From NCBI GenBank assembly GCA_905178155.1, contig CAJINV010000005.1, positions 5,154,667 to 5,218,666 on the forward strand: a stretch of DNA of 64,000 nucleotides. Direction: 5' to 3'. Of this stretch, positions 1-13,000 are shown piece by piece (the first letter of the stretch is position 1; each line of letters begins with the position of its first letter). The notes under the pieces were generated by a model that made no database searches, was not told where the DNA came from, and saw only the letters and a list, made by a program, of their open reading frames with translations. A program made the position numbers and the translations under genes. The DNA is from Amoebophrya sp. A120. Its lineage: Eukaryota; Protista; Dinoflagellata.

Positions 1-1666
1 TGTCTTCGATTTTACCGAGGGACGGAGCACTACTGGGAACAATCCGGGAAGTTGTGGAGCGAATTTCAACAAAGCAGGACAACAAGTTCTTGTAAAAGAC
101 GACCCGTTTGCGCTTTCCCGGCAGCATTTCTCGTTCGGGAGCGGGACGACCTGAGAAAACTTTATTTATCCGACGACTAGCATCAGCGTTCAAGAAGCTA
201 GATCTGGAATGTGAATGAGTTTCAATTTCTGCGAAAGGTGGAGGCTCTGGGTTTTATGTACTTTTTACCTCAATAAACTACAACGCGATAATATTCGAAG
301 AATGAAAAATTTTGCATTTCCAACATCCAGAGGACAAACAATGCCAATTAAGTTTAAGAATACTAAGTAGTAGCATGATGCGGCCGTCGTGGTGGCTTTG
401 GCTTTTGCTCTTCCGAGAAAGGTTTTGCCGAAATAAACGAATCTTCGAGCGGGGCCACTGTATGCAGGCCACTGCTTATGGTCCACGTGCAGACTACTTA
501 GTTCGTCATGCAGACTTGACCGCTGCATGCAGATCGATCATTGTACACATGCAGTCCTAAAAATTGACATCTTCTGTTTCAAACTAAATCCTTTGTTTGC
601 TTAGAAAGGAAATGAAACTCAAGAGAAGAAAAAGGAGAGTGCTTAGTAGGTGGATGAATCTCCTGCTCTGCACCATTTCTGCCCGGAATCTGTCAGCGAC
701 TTTTCGCGACGACTAGAAATTTCAAGCTCGACGAGCAGGAAACGAACCGAAATTTTAGCATGACTTTACGCTTCTATAATCAGTTGAAGGAAGGTTTTAT
801 CGGGGAGGTCCCTTTCGTTCTAAAAAACGAAAAAAAGATTATGCTTTTACTTGTTGAAGAGTTCAAGAACATCGAAAGTTACGTCGAAGCATTTTGTAGG
901 TCCTGCAGTACGTAGACGTAGTTCATCTTTGAACTTACGTGAATAGATGGTCCTCGTCTCCGACTTCTTCGTAGATCTAGATGGCATGGTTCACTCGGTA
1001 ACTAGTCTAGACCGTGGCCGTGGGTTTTGTGTTATTTGTCTAGATCGTAGACATCGTCACCCAGTACCTCAAAGATGAAGTTCTCTCGTCCACTGTTGGC
1101 TCCGTGCATGGCCGCTCGTGTAGTTGTCCGGCAAGATTTCGTGGGAACATCCGATCAGGAAGGAAAGTCGAACTAGTACATCATCAACCAAGTTCGTCAT
1201 CGTATGCCAAAAATCACCACAGATGAAGTGGTGATCTATTACTCAGTACTTCGTTTATGTCGTAAAAATCTTCCGCACTTCAAGAAAATGAAAATCGTGC
1301 TGCCCGTCGTCGTCGTGATGAAAGACCCCGGCGGCGTATTTACTATTTCCAAGCTGTGGAATGTAGTTCTTCTTCTTTACGCCTCAAATCAACAAGACCT
1401 ACAACCAGTTGCAACCGTTTTTTTTTTGACATCTGACTTCCTTGAAAGAAGGGTGGAAGAATTGTTGTCTTCACGCTAAAAAGCTTATTAAGCTTTTCAA
1501 CATCATCAAGATCAATTGCGATCGAGAGATCTGCACACTGAGTACTGTACTTACTTACCACATCAAGTGGGCGGGGTAGAAGTAAACAAGAAGAAGTGTA
1601 GACTCGAGCTCGTACAACTACCAATCGCCTTGTTGTGCTGGAAGATTGTACAACGACAGCAAGAAA

Positions 1667-4600
1667 ATGAAACTCGCCAACAAGAATATGAAAGCTACCT
1701 TCTTCCTCGCCGTGGCTCCGTTTGGCGAGAAGTCGGGGACGAAGATGATGATGCAGATCGTTTCCGCCGTGGAGCAGGGTAAGAAGAAGAACACTAATGG
1801 TCCGGGTCGTGCTGGTAAAAAAGCTGCTGTGCCGGTCGTCGCGCCCGGAGGAGCTTCTGGCGGCCGTGGCGCGACCACGACTATGGCGTTCTCACCTGTT
1901 ACATTCTCAACTGTTACATGGGTTTATGATGCAAGAATGGCAAAAGTCAAAGCAGGGAGGTTGCAGCTGTAGCATTACAAATTCCGCACAGATTTAGGCG
2001 CTGTTTAGCCTTTCCAAAATTTGTCATGCGAAGACGCTTCACCTTGTGAGTGTTGATGTTCGTTTTGCATTGCAAATCATGTAACAGTTGAGAATGTAAC
2101 AGTTGAGAACGCCATAACGACGCACCTGTGGGTCGGGAGCGAGTTGGCCGGGACTGCCCAGTACGAGAGTTGGAAAAGCATCGGTGACTAGTAGAAATTT
2201 TTGCATTTATAAAAAATAGTACAACAAAAATCAAATATGCTTGTTGCTCACCAGCAAAAAAAATTTCTACGTAAGATTCGTTATGCGGATCTGACCTGGA
2301 GGAAAGAGGAAGATTTCGATTTGTCATGCATAAATAGCAGTACGAATACGACTACGAGTGTGCGATACTTTTTCACAGGATACAAAGGGATTCCTGCAGG
2401 TCGACCGTGCGACTGCGGCGGAGATGAAGCGGGTTGGCGATGACGACGACGACGACAACCCGACGGAGAAGGTAGCACCTAATTCATTCCCAACCTAGCC
2501 ATCGCATTTTTCGAGACACCAAATTGAAATTCTAAGCATCACAAATAGGACTAGGTCGCGCAGACCAGCGCGAACAGCGTGAGGGCCGGAATGGGTCAAC
2601 CACCTCTGTGGCCTCATTTTTGTTCTCCCATGGCCAGCGGCCCCTGCCTACAAAAATGGTCTACGCCGTGGGATTGCAGGAACGAGGCATGCAGGCTACA
2701 CAACCTGGTAAAGAAGTCGAAGATGGCGCGCGCGCATGCTAGAGAAGCATGCGCGGCTTACTGCTCACCTCTTTTTTATGTTCACACACTACAAAGGCAC
2801 ATCCTGACGTCTATGACGCGAATATGTAGAATCTAGCGGGCTCGCAGCCCCTCTCTCCGGCGACGTGGTGGCCGAGCAAGCTATGTGAGGGCACACGCCT
2901 CCCGTAGCGAGCCGTTACGCTAGCGACCTCTGCTGGGGAGGGTCCGGGGGGATTTGTTGCAGCCTGTGTTGCGTCCGGCGCTGTTACCTCTCGGCGCAGT
3001 GCTGGAGCACGGTTCGACCCACGTCTGTGGGCGCAGAGTGCGACGTCCCGCAGCCACCTCTGTGGCGCGGGCGTTGCGGTGCGGTCCCTGTTGCGCGCCC
3101 CGCGACTGTATGTAGCTGTACATAGGACGCTGCGACGAAGCAGCGCGGGTACACTTTTATACAGAAGCCTTGTCCGCCACTGAGAAGGGTGCGGCCCTTT
3201 GTTGTTGAGAACATAGATACGGACTAGAGCTACGACCCCATGCGCCCGCAGAGCTGCGGGGATTTGGGAAGGAGTTTGCGTTCGCCTCAGTATGATAACC
3301 AAAATGCTACCCAAATCACATCAACATGAATCAGGTACCAACAGGGCGGAAGCGGGTTGGCGATGACGACGACGACGACAACCCGACGGAGACGAGGGGA
3401 GCCGTTGCATATGAAATATCAAATGGAAATATGTCTTGGTCTGGAAGGTCGCAACTTGTCATGCTGTTTTTGGATTCTAAAAAAATTAGTATTGCATGAC
3501 CAGCAAGAAAGGTCCAGTTTGTGCTACGCGGAGAGGGCATTTCTCATGCGGAAAGCGCATCAGGAAGCCCTCTAAAAGTCTGTGGTGCTAGGTCATGCAT
3601 TACAGGCATCAGGGGTCATGAGAAATATGCGTGACAAGTCTTGCATTGTTCCAGACCCAGACATATTTGCATTTGATATGAACCCAAAGCCGTGACGGAC
3701 TGGGCGCAGGAGTGTGAGGAATTGAATGCGGAGTGGAAAGAACAAGCGGGACAATGTCCTCCTGATACCGCGTCAAAAGTAGTACTCGCACACATGATCG
3801 AGAAGGACTGTCCTCATGTGAGTCCCGACGTCAACAAGTGGCCGAAAATGCTTGGCCTCGAAAAAACCGACGCGACCGAAAAATGTTACCGCCTTCTCGA
3901 AGGTTACTCTCAGTTCTCGACTCTCATCCGCGGCGTCTTCAATATGGGACTCTCAAACGTTACACTCTCAAGTGTTTGATACATGACTTGTCATGCAAAG
4001 TTAGATGTGCCATAGATAATGATAACCCTAACCCTAAGCCGCCAGACGATCTTCAAGCTGCTTCGCATGACAAATTCTCGAAGGGCTAAACAGCGTCTAA
4101 ATCTGTGTCAAATGATGTGCGTCGCGAGAGCTGCAAGCATGTCCCTTAATATCTCACTGGTGCCTGCACCTGCTGTTGTTGCGTGACGAAAACAAATGGA
4201 TCGAACAGTTGGGACTGTAACGTTTGAGAGCTCTTGTCCCATACTCTAAGGCGGCATGTTGTTGAGCGCAGATACTTATGCATTGCAAAAGTATCGCACT
4301 CGTATAAATGCATTACAAATTTCCTCAGCATGAGAATTTGCAATGCTGATTTACCTGAAGCTGAAGAAAAAGACTTGTAATGCATGATTGCAATACGAGC
4401 GCGATACTTTTGCACAGGATAATACCAAGCTCATCCGCAACGTGACCGGCGACTCCGCCCCTTCCCCGGATCTGAGCGCTTGGGACGCTATCGCGAAACA
4501 CAAATCGGTGATCGACATGATCGAGGCCAAGAAAGAAATGTACCAGCTGTACATCGACCACTGGAAATTATGCCGTGTAAAAACATTTAAGTTTAACATT

Positions 4601-5013
4601 GCCACCCCAGAGTTGTCATACACGTCTGCAAGCCTCAGAGTCAGACGTTTCTCATGCGCAACCCCATGAGGAGCACTCTGTAATGCTGTCTGGCAGTTTG
4701 TCATGCTAGAATCAGGATCATGCCGCTACAATTATGTTGGCTAAAAAACGCGAGTTGTACACTCTGAGCCCAAAATTGTCATGCGCGACAGCCAAAAGAT
4801 GCTAGTTTATGTAGTAAAGTCACCATGATCTTGAGGACTATGGGGTGGGGACGTTTTTGCTCAGGATAGAAATGCGCGGAGCTGGGAAACGGCTGGCCGA
4901 AGGCCGAGGACTTTGTGGAAGACATCAATTTTCCCAGCAGCGAAATCGGCCAGGCCTGGGAAAAATACGTTGCCGATGCCGTGGCGGGTCTCGACAATTA
5001 TTTTACCAACTAA
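1667..5013 (+). CDS. Hypothetical protein; multi-exon gene interrupted by 6 introners and an 879-bp direct-repeat-flanked insertion (possibly a pseudogene)
   Basis: Removing 1882-2116, 2162-2382, 3417-3678, 3943-4243, 4277-4421 and 4569-4868 (each plus one 5-bp TSD) and the 2470-3392 insert gives one frame: MKLANKNMKATFFLAVAP...THLWVGSELAG...VDRATAAEMKRVGDDDDDDNPTETRGAVAYE...AVTDWAQECEEL...YIDHWKCAELGNGWPKAEDF...LDNYFTN*. No recognised domain. Confidence 0.65.
1882..2116. mobile_element. Introner family F (type copy; ~235-300 bp; TIR TATGGCGTTCTCAMCTGTTACATTCTCAACTGTTACATG)
   Basis: TSD ACGAC. Other copies: 3943-4243, 32514-33516 (expanded by an insert), 62607-62852. Confidence 0.92.
2426..3392. 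mobile_element. 879-bp insertion flanked by a perfect 44-bp direct repeat
   Basis: GAAGCGGGTTGGCGATGACGACGACGACGACAACCCGACGGAGA at 2426-2469 and 3349-3392, inside a coding exon. Confidence 0.7.
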
Positions 5014-6289
5014 ACATGTTGTTGAACTTAAACTTATTTACTTTTTTCGCTTCAGAATCAATCTTTCTCGCGATCTATTCCACCTCCGGTTTCAAGAGTA
5101 CACTTTTTTTGTTTTTGTTTACAGCTGCACATGTTGTTTCAATTTAATATTTCATTTCATACATGTATGTCAATCACCAGTTGGGTATTACTCATTTATT
5201 CATTCACTCGTCCACATGACAGCGATGCCTTTTGGTATTTATTGGGAAAACGAAAAGAATCTTACTCATCCACCATAATCCGCAAGATAGAAGCACAAGA
5301 ACCTGACAACTCCAAAAATGTAAATGTTAGTGCCTGTAGCTGTGCCGACGTACTTTCTTGCGACGGAGAGGGAGAGCTAGTACTTAGCAGTGTAAGAACT
5401 GCAACTGCCGTCAGCTTTCTCTCTCCTGTCGCAGCAGATTAAAGTGCTGTCCAGCCGTTGTACTAACAGAGTCGCGTATGTTGATACTGCAGTGGTTCTT
5501 TTTACAATTCACAGATCAAAGCTGCGTCTTCCCGCTCCAGCAGGAGAACAACAATAACGGCACACCAGTTACAAGAAGTTATTCGAACTTTTATCGCATA
5601 TAATTGCCGCTTGAGGATCGTCTTGTTTCAGGCAGGAATCTTGTCCCGCGGAGCTGTGGTGGTTCACGCGTACATTCTTTCCACACGAAAAATTGTTCCA
5701 CATTCATCTTTCCACATCTTGGTTCGATGGCGCTTTCCGCCTTTCAATCACTGTGCTGTAGATCATTATGTTGCTCCTGTCACGGAGGCGGAATAGCAAG
5801 AAGTCCTCGGGATCTTCTATGAAAAAAACGAAAAGTTTTCACCTCCCGTCGCTCTTGCTGCTGGATCTTCCCTGCGATAGTACTGATCGAAGCATATTAG
5901 AGTTCTTGTTGAAATGAATTCTTTGGTTAGAAATACCGCTTGATGCTGTTGTGCTTTTCGTTTCTGATTGGATTTTTTGGATCATACACTAATAGCGTTT
6001 ACTGATAGGTTACCTGTTTTCTGTAGTCGAAGAAAGAACTTGATAAGGGCAGTTCCTTCTCCTGCGGGCGCCGGTTTTGCGTAGCCTTCGTTTCGAGGTG
6101 GATTGCGCAAGAAGTGCTGGAAGCATTCACCCTCGTCATATGTTTTCCATGATGGCAGTTCGTGGTTAGTATGAAAATGTGTACAACGGTCATGAGCCAT
6201 AGATAATAAATAGCATCGATCGTGGTCCAGCATGAGCAATTAGAAGTGCGTTGAGTATACAAATTACCTTCGGCAAGTAGATGTAAAAG

Positions 6290-6852
6290 ATGAAGACCAT
6301 GGATTTCGAGTCGCGGCGGCGCGCGTTCAAGCAGACGCAGGATTTGAACGACGTGCGACGAAAGCGTGAAGACGAGGAAGTGCAGCTGCGGAAAACGGAA
6401 AAGGAGGTCCTGCTGCAGAAAAAGCGCCGGGATTGCCGCAGCGATGGTTGTAGTACTGCACCAGCAGCTCCGGCGTCCACCTCGACTTCCGCTGCAGCAT
6501 CCGCTTCCTCTTCCACCACGGAAAGCATGGGTAGTACTTCTACCCACGGTAATTATAACAGCGCGGCAAGTAGGACAACCTCTAACAACAGTTGTGCCAG
6601 TGCTACCAACTACACGGCTCAGAAGATTTTAGGGCAGAGGAACACGCTGCTTTCGACAACCGACGAAGAGCATAGCTCGGGAGCGATGAATTCAAAAATG
6701 AGTCTGAATCTGAATGCAAGTGCAAGTACGCATCTTCAACTGCAGTCGACAGATCAACATGGTGCAGCTGTTGGCAATAATATTAACTCGCCTTGTGTGT
6801 TCCGTGACCATCATGATCATGGCCCGCCAGAAGACTGCTCCCCATTACTGCA
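6290..6852 (+). pseudogene. Importin-alpha-like 5' fragment (IBB domain plus S/T-rich linker), cut off by the tandem array
   Basis: MDFESRRRAFKQTQDLNDVRRKREDEEVQLRKTEKEVLLQKKRR matches the importin-beta-binding motif (RRRR-E...LRK...L.KRR). The following introner (from 6853) loses its right end at 7080, and no ARM-repeat exons are seen downstream. Confidence 0.65.
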
Positions 6853-7080
6853 TATACACTGCAAGAGATATAATGTCTGGATTTGGAAGGTTGCAACTTG
6901 TCATGCTAAATCTGGATCGTGCCAAAAATATGTGTTGCATGATTACCAAAAGATGTCCACTTTCGGACAAGTTCAGAGGCAGTTTGTCATGCAGGATAAG
7001 TAGGGATGATAGCGGTTTCACAGAATCTGCCATGCTAGGTCCTACATGCCAGACCTCATGGGTCATGGAAAATCTGCATG

Positions 7081-10000
7081 GAATAAAGTGTCCAGCCGTT
7101 GTACTAACAGAGTCGCGTATGTTGATACGACTCGGGATTTTGATGTGCTACTTGTGCAAGGACGCGGGCAAAATTTCGCCCCGGATTTTTGAACATCTTG
7201 AAGATTTGGATGGTTGGGTAAGACCAAAAAAAAATTTCTTCCTCGGAGGACGACCTCTTGCATTTCTCAAGGAGGATGCAAGTGGCACGGTGAAAAATGT
7301 CGATTTTCAGAAATTTTTCTGTTGTTCACAGTTTGTCGTGCTTCCTGTGTATTGTTTCACAGACGGTTCAATTAGTTTTAGTGTTACAACTACCGTGTAC
7401 TTACCTTGTACTTTTTTTTGTTTTTCTACTCTGGCAGCTGAGGACGCGCTAGTAGTAAGTTCTCTCGCAGGTGCACCTCCTTGTTTTTCGACGGTCGTGC
7501 GAAATTTCTCTCACTTCGGTACAGGTTTCTATTTTAAGAAGCGCACACGTCATTCTATCTTTCTGCGCCCTCCCGTCGTTTTATGATTTATTAATACAAA
7601 TTTGTCACATCGATAGATTTTTGCTACGAGGTTTTTTCTTCATCTTCACCCAAGTTAGAAGACTACTGTCGTTTTGATTCTGTAATAGTGCAACTGCAAC
7701 AAATAGTACGTAGGTAAATTTTCTGAATCAGCAACAGCAACGACACGAGATGTTCACCTCTAGAACCCTGATCTCAGGTTCCGAAGACGCAGGGCCTCTG
7801 CTCGGCCCAACAAGTACGATGTTGTCCGACAGTCCTCCATTGAGACCGGGTTCAAACGATCCAGACCCGGATCCTCTTCTACGTGAAGATTTTCCTTGCA
7901 CCAGACCAACAGCACATGGGGCTCCCGAAGCCGCAAATGCGAAAAATGCAAAAAGGAAGAACACCAGCACGAGCACTAGCAGCTTGGGAGCGGCTACTAC
8001 TGGAGGTTCTTCTTCCTACAGCGGCCCAAGTAGGACATTGTCGTCTTCAACATCGTCGACTGGTGCGGGGTTGAGCAATGATAACAAACACCAGCGCATT
8101 ATCAAATGCAAATAAGTCTGGGTCTGGAAACTTGTGATGCTGAATTGTGGATGACTGAAATACTTCCCAATGCAGCTAAGCATGACAAGTTTCCCGCACA
8201 CTTTTGCATGCGCATTCCGCATGAAAAACTGCGCTTTTGTATGACAAAAGGAGGTATCTTCTTGCTAGTCATGCAACACAGATTTTACAGGAGTGCAGGA
8301 CTAGCATTACAAGTTCCATGCTTTCAGACCCAGACATATTTGCAATGCATACGCATTCTGAATTACCCGCTCACGCCGGAAGTTGGCCCAAGGGAAGTTG
8401 TGCTCCTAGAAGCTCCACCGATCGAGAAATTCGACGTAGCAACAAGACCCGACGGAGAAACGGGCGTGCTGGAACATGATAGGGAACAGCATCACGCCGG
8501 TATAATATCTTCAAACCAGGGCGGAGGAGGAGGAGGAGCATATCAGCATAATGGAAATGAGGGTCTTGTGGCAGGACCACGAGGAGCATCTTCTTCAAGA
8601 ACACATGAGCTGCGGAAGAATACTTCTAGTACGACGAGCATAAAAGATCTGTACAACGTCGTTCCAGCATCATCTGTGAATGATGATAAGCCCCAACAGA
8701 CGATGAAAACTCGCAAGCCGCGACATTCCTGGAGCGTGCACAACTATGACCCGCTCAGGTGTCAACTTACAGGCTACGTAAACGTTTACAATAGATGAAC
8801 ATGCAAGTCTGTGATGCAAAAGGTGATGCAAAAGGTAGCCTACTTGTACTCCTGCAGAAGTGCGCATGACAAGTTCTGGAGTTGTCCCAAACGACCGCAC
8901 TAGAATCGTGCGAAATTTGATTGTATTGCAGAAAGTGGAACGTTGTGCGAGTCTGTCATGCTCGTCATCATGCAATACAAAACGCAGACTCTATTGGAAC
9001 GCTTGAGATTGTAGTAACGTTTGAGCAGGTCATAACAACCTCCGGGATTTTCTTGCTGACGAGGAAGAAGTGGACTCGGATTCCTACACCCGCATTTATG
9101 GCCTGCTCAAGTTGTGTTACAATCTGTGATGCAAAAGGTGCATGATCCATCATCCTCTTCTCACAGGAGAGTGCATCACAAGTTCGGGACGAGTACTTCT
9201 TACCAAACCGCACTAGAATCATCCGGCTAAATTTGTATTGCAAAAAGCGGAACTACACGGCTCTGTGTGTCTCTTATGCTGATCAAGCAACACAAAATCC
9301 AGACACAGATTCTGTGTACTGTAACCACGTCTGAGATTTTTGTAATAGCTGAGCAGGTTATAGCATTCCCACCGCGTTTTTCTCTACTTCGTTGACATCG
9401 GAAGATGACGACCATAACAAATTCGACGATATTAGTCTTTTTCGCAGCTACGCTGCCGAGGACCCTCACGCGGCACTCTCCCCCTCTAGCCGAACAGGAC
9501 ATCATAACCCGGCCTCCTCAAGTAGCAGGCAGCAGCGCATGGCTATCCTATGTAAAAACGTCCCCAACCCATAGTCAAGATGGGGAATCGGCTACACAAA
9601 TCTACAAGTTTTGGCTGCTTTGCATGACAAATTTGGATTCGTAGTGTCGTGCTGTTTGAGCTAGCTCAGCAGCGTCACAGATCTAGTACATCAGGCTGAT
9701 TGAAGCATGACAGATTCCAAAACACGCCTAAACAATGCCTCTCATGGGGCTCCGCATGAGAAACAGTTTCAGCATGCAGATTTGCAATACAAATACAACT
9801 ATGGGGTGGGGACGTTTTTCAATACGATAATGGCCATGGCCTCCTTGCTCCTGGACCGGTGGCGTTTCGAGGTTCTATGACAATGCACAACTCCCCCTCG
9901 TCCCCCTCATTTGTCATGCAAAATACCAATTATACATCCCTTTCCCTTAAGCACTGCTTGCATGACAGGCTCCGGAAGCTGAAACAGCACTAGAATCGGT

Positions 10001-13000
10001 CGCTGATTTGTCATGCAAAAGCTGGATTTATGCCAGCACTTGTGTTGCTGCTTATGCACTTCAAATGAGGGGGGGGGTTGTGGACTCTCATAGGTTCCGT
10101 ACGGCACGTACAAACGCATCGCACTGTTTCTCGCCATTGAGTCAGAGATTGAACCAGAGTGCGGCGACTTTTGTTTTTGCATTTGCAAACAGGACGTCGA
10201 GAGCTCATAATTAGCCGCAGCTTTCGTGTGGATACAAATAGAATAAAGTGTCCAGCCGTTGTACTAACAGAGTCGCGTATGTTTAATATACGACTCGGGA
10301 TTTTGATGTGCTACTTGTGCAAGGACGCGGGCAAAATTTCGCCCCGGATTTTCGAACATTCATTTTGAAGATTTGGATGGTTGAGTAAGACCAAAAAAAG
10401 ATTCCTTCCTCGGAGGACGACCTGTTGCATTTCTCAAGGAGGATGCAAGTGGCACGGTGAAAAATGTCGATTTTCAGAAATTTTTCTGTTGTTCACAGTT
10501 TGTCGTGCTTCCTGTGTATTGTTTCACAGACGGATTACGGTGTATTTACCTTGTTGCACTTTTTTTGTTTTTCTACTCTGGCAGCTGAGGACGCGCTAGT
10601 AGTAAGTTCTCTCGCAGGTGCACCTCCTTGTTTTTCGACGGTCGTGCGAAATTTCTCTCACTTCGGTACAGGTTTCTATTTTAAGAAGCGCACACGTCAT
10701 TCTATCTTTCTGCGCCCTCCCGTCGTTTTATGATTTATTAATACAAATTTGTCACATCGATAGATTTTTGCTACGAGGTTTTTTCTTCATCTTCACCCAA
10801 GTTAGAAGACTACTGTCGTTTTGATTCTGTAAAAGTGCAACTGCAACAAATAGTACGTAGGTAAATTTTCTGAATCAGCAACAGCAACGACACGAGATGT
10901 TCACCTCTAGAACCCTGATCTCAGGTTCCGAAGACGCAGGGCCTCTGCTCGGCCCAACAAGTACGATGTTGTCCGACAGTCCTCCATTGAGACCGGGTTC
11001 AAACGATCCAGACCCGGATCCTCTTCTACGTGAAGATTTTCCTTGCACCAGACCAACAGCACATGGGGCTCCCGAAGCCGCAAATGCGAAAAATGCAAAA
11101 AGGAAGAACACCAGCACGAGCACTAGCAGCTTGGGAGCGGCTACTACTGGAGGTTCTTCTTCCTACAGCGGCCCAAGTAGGACATTGTCGTCTTCAACAT
11201 CGTCGACTGGTGCGGGGTTGAGCAATGATAACAAACACCAGCGCATTATCAAATGCAAATAAGTCTGGGTCTGGAAACTTGTGATGCTGAATTGTGGATG
11301 ACTGAAATACTTCCCAATGCAGCTAAGCATGACAAGTTTCCCGCACACTTTTGCATGCGCATTCCGCATGAAAAACTGCGCTTTTGTATGACAAAAGGAG
11401 GTATCTTCTTGCTAGTCATGCAACACAGATTTTACAGGAGTGCAGGACTAGCATTACAAGTTCCATGCTTTCAGACCCAGACATATTTGCAATGCATACG
11501 CATTCTGAATTACCCGCTCACGCCGGAAGTTGGCCCAAGGGAAGTTGTGCTCCTAGAAGCTCCACCGATCGAGAAATTCGACGTAGCAACAAGACCCGAC
11601 GGAGAAACGGGCGTGCTGGAACATGATAGGGAACAGCATCACGCCGGTATAATATCTTCAAACCAGGGCGGAGGAGGAGGAGGAGCATATCAGCATAATG
11701 GAAATGAGGGTCTTGTGGCAGGACCACGAGGAGCATCTTCTTCAAGAACACATGAGCTGCGGAAGAATACTTCTAGTACGACGAGCATAAAAGATCTGTA
11801 CAACGTCGTTCCAGCATCATCTGTGAATGATGATAAGCCCCAACAGACGATGAAAACTCGCAAGCCGCGACATTCCTGGAGCGTGCACAACTATGACCCG
11901 CTCAGGTGTCAACTTACAGGCTACGTAAACGTTTACAATAGATGAACATGCAAGTCTGTGATGCAAAAGGTGATGCAAAAGGTAGCCTACTTGTACTCCT
12001 GCAGAAGTGCGCATGACAAGTTCTGGAGTTGTCCCAAACGACCGCACTAGAATCGTGCGAAATTTGATTGTATTGCAGAAAGTGGAACGTTGTGCGAGTC
12101 TGTCATGCTCGTCATCATGCAATACAAAACGCAGACTCTATTGGAACGCTTGAGATTGTAGTAACGTTTGAGCAGGTCATAACAACCTCCGGGATTTTCT
12201 TGCTGACGAGGAAGAAGTGGACTCGGATTCCTACACCCGCATTTATGGCCTGCTCAAGTTGTGTTACAATCTGTGATGCAAAAGGTGCATGATCCATCAT
12301 CCTCTTCTCACAGGAGAGTGCATCACAAGTTCGGGACGAGTACTTCTTACCAAACCGCACTAGAATCATCCGGCTAAATTTGTATTGCAAAAAGCGGAAC
12401 TACACGGCTCTGTGTGTCTCTTATGCTGATCAAGCAACACAAAATCCAGACACAGATTCTGTGTACTGTAACCACGTCTGAGATTTTTGTAATAGCTGAG
12501 CAGGTTATAGCATTCCCACCGCGTTTTTCTCTACTTCGTTGACATCGGAAGATGACGACCATAACAAATTCGACGATATTAGTCTTTTTCGCAGCTACGC
12601 TGCCGAGGACCCTCACGCGGCACTCTCCCCCTCTAGCCGAACAGGACATCATAACCCGGCCTCCTCAAGTAGCAGGCAGCAGCGCATGGCTATCCTATGT
12701 AAAAACGTCCCCAACCCATAGTCAAGATGGGGAATCGGCTACACAAATCTACAAGTTTTGGCTGCTTTGCATGACAAATTTGGATTCGTAGTGTCGTGCT
12801 GTTTGAGCTAGCTCAGCAGCGTCACAGATCTAGTACATCAGGCTGATTGAAGCATGACAGATTCCAAAACACGCCTAAACAATGCCTCTCATGGGGCTCC
12901 GCATGAGAAACAGTTTCAGCATGCAGATTTGCAATACAAATACAACTATGGGGTGGGGACGTTTTTCAATACGATAATGGCCATGGCCTCCTTGCTCCTG

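Noticed and set aside
1882-2116. Reading the ends as a Tc1/mariner TA duplication
   Set aside because: TA/TAT belongs to the TIR. A separate 5-bp duplication lies outside it, the empty site at 21916-21920 has no TA, and leaving one TA would shift frames.
6714-7586. 290-aa ORF, the longest in the track
   Set aside because: It runs off-frame through the importin exon, a truncated introner and array upstream DNA; a chance chimera.
8106-8798. ORF-track peptides sharing MQICLGLETCDA, FQTQTYL, PDPDIFA or CKSIVLV as an apparent protein family
   Set aside because: These are translations of introner TIRs in different frames, not proteins.
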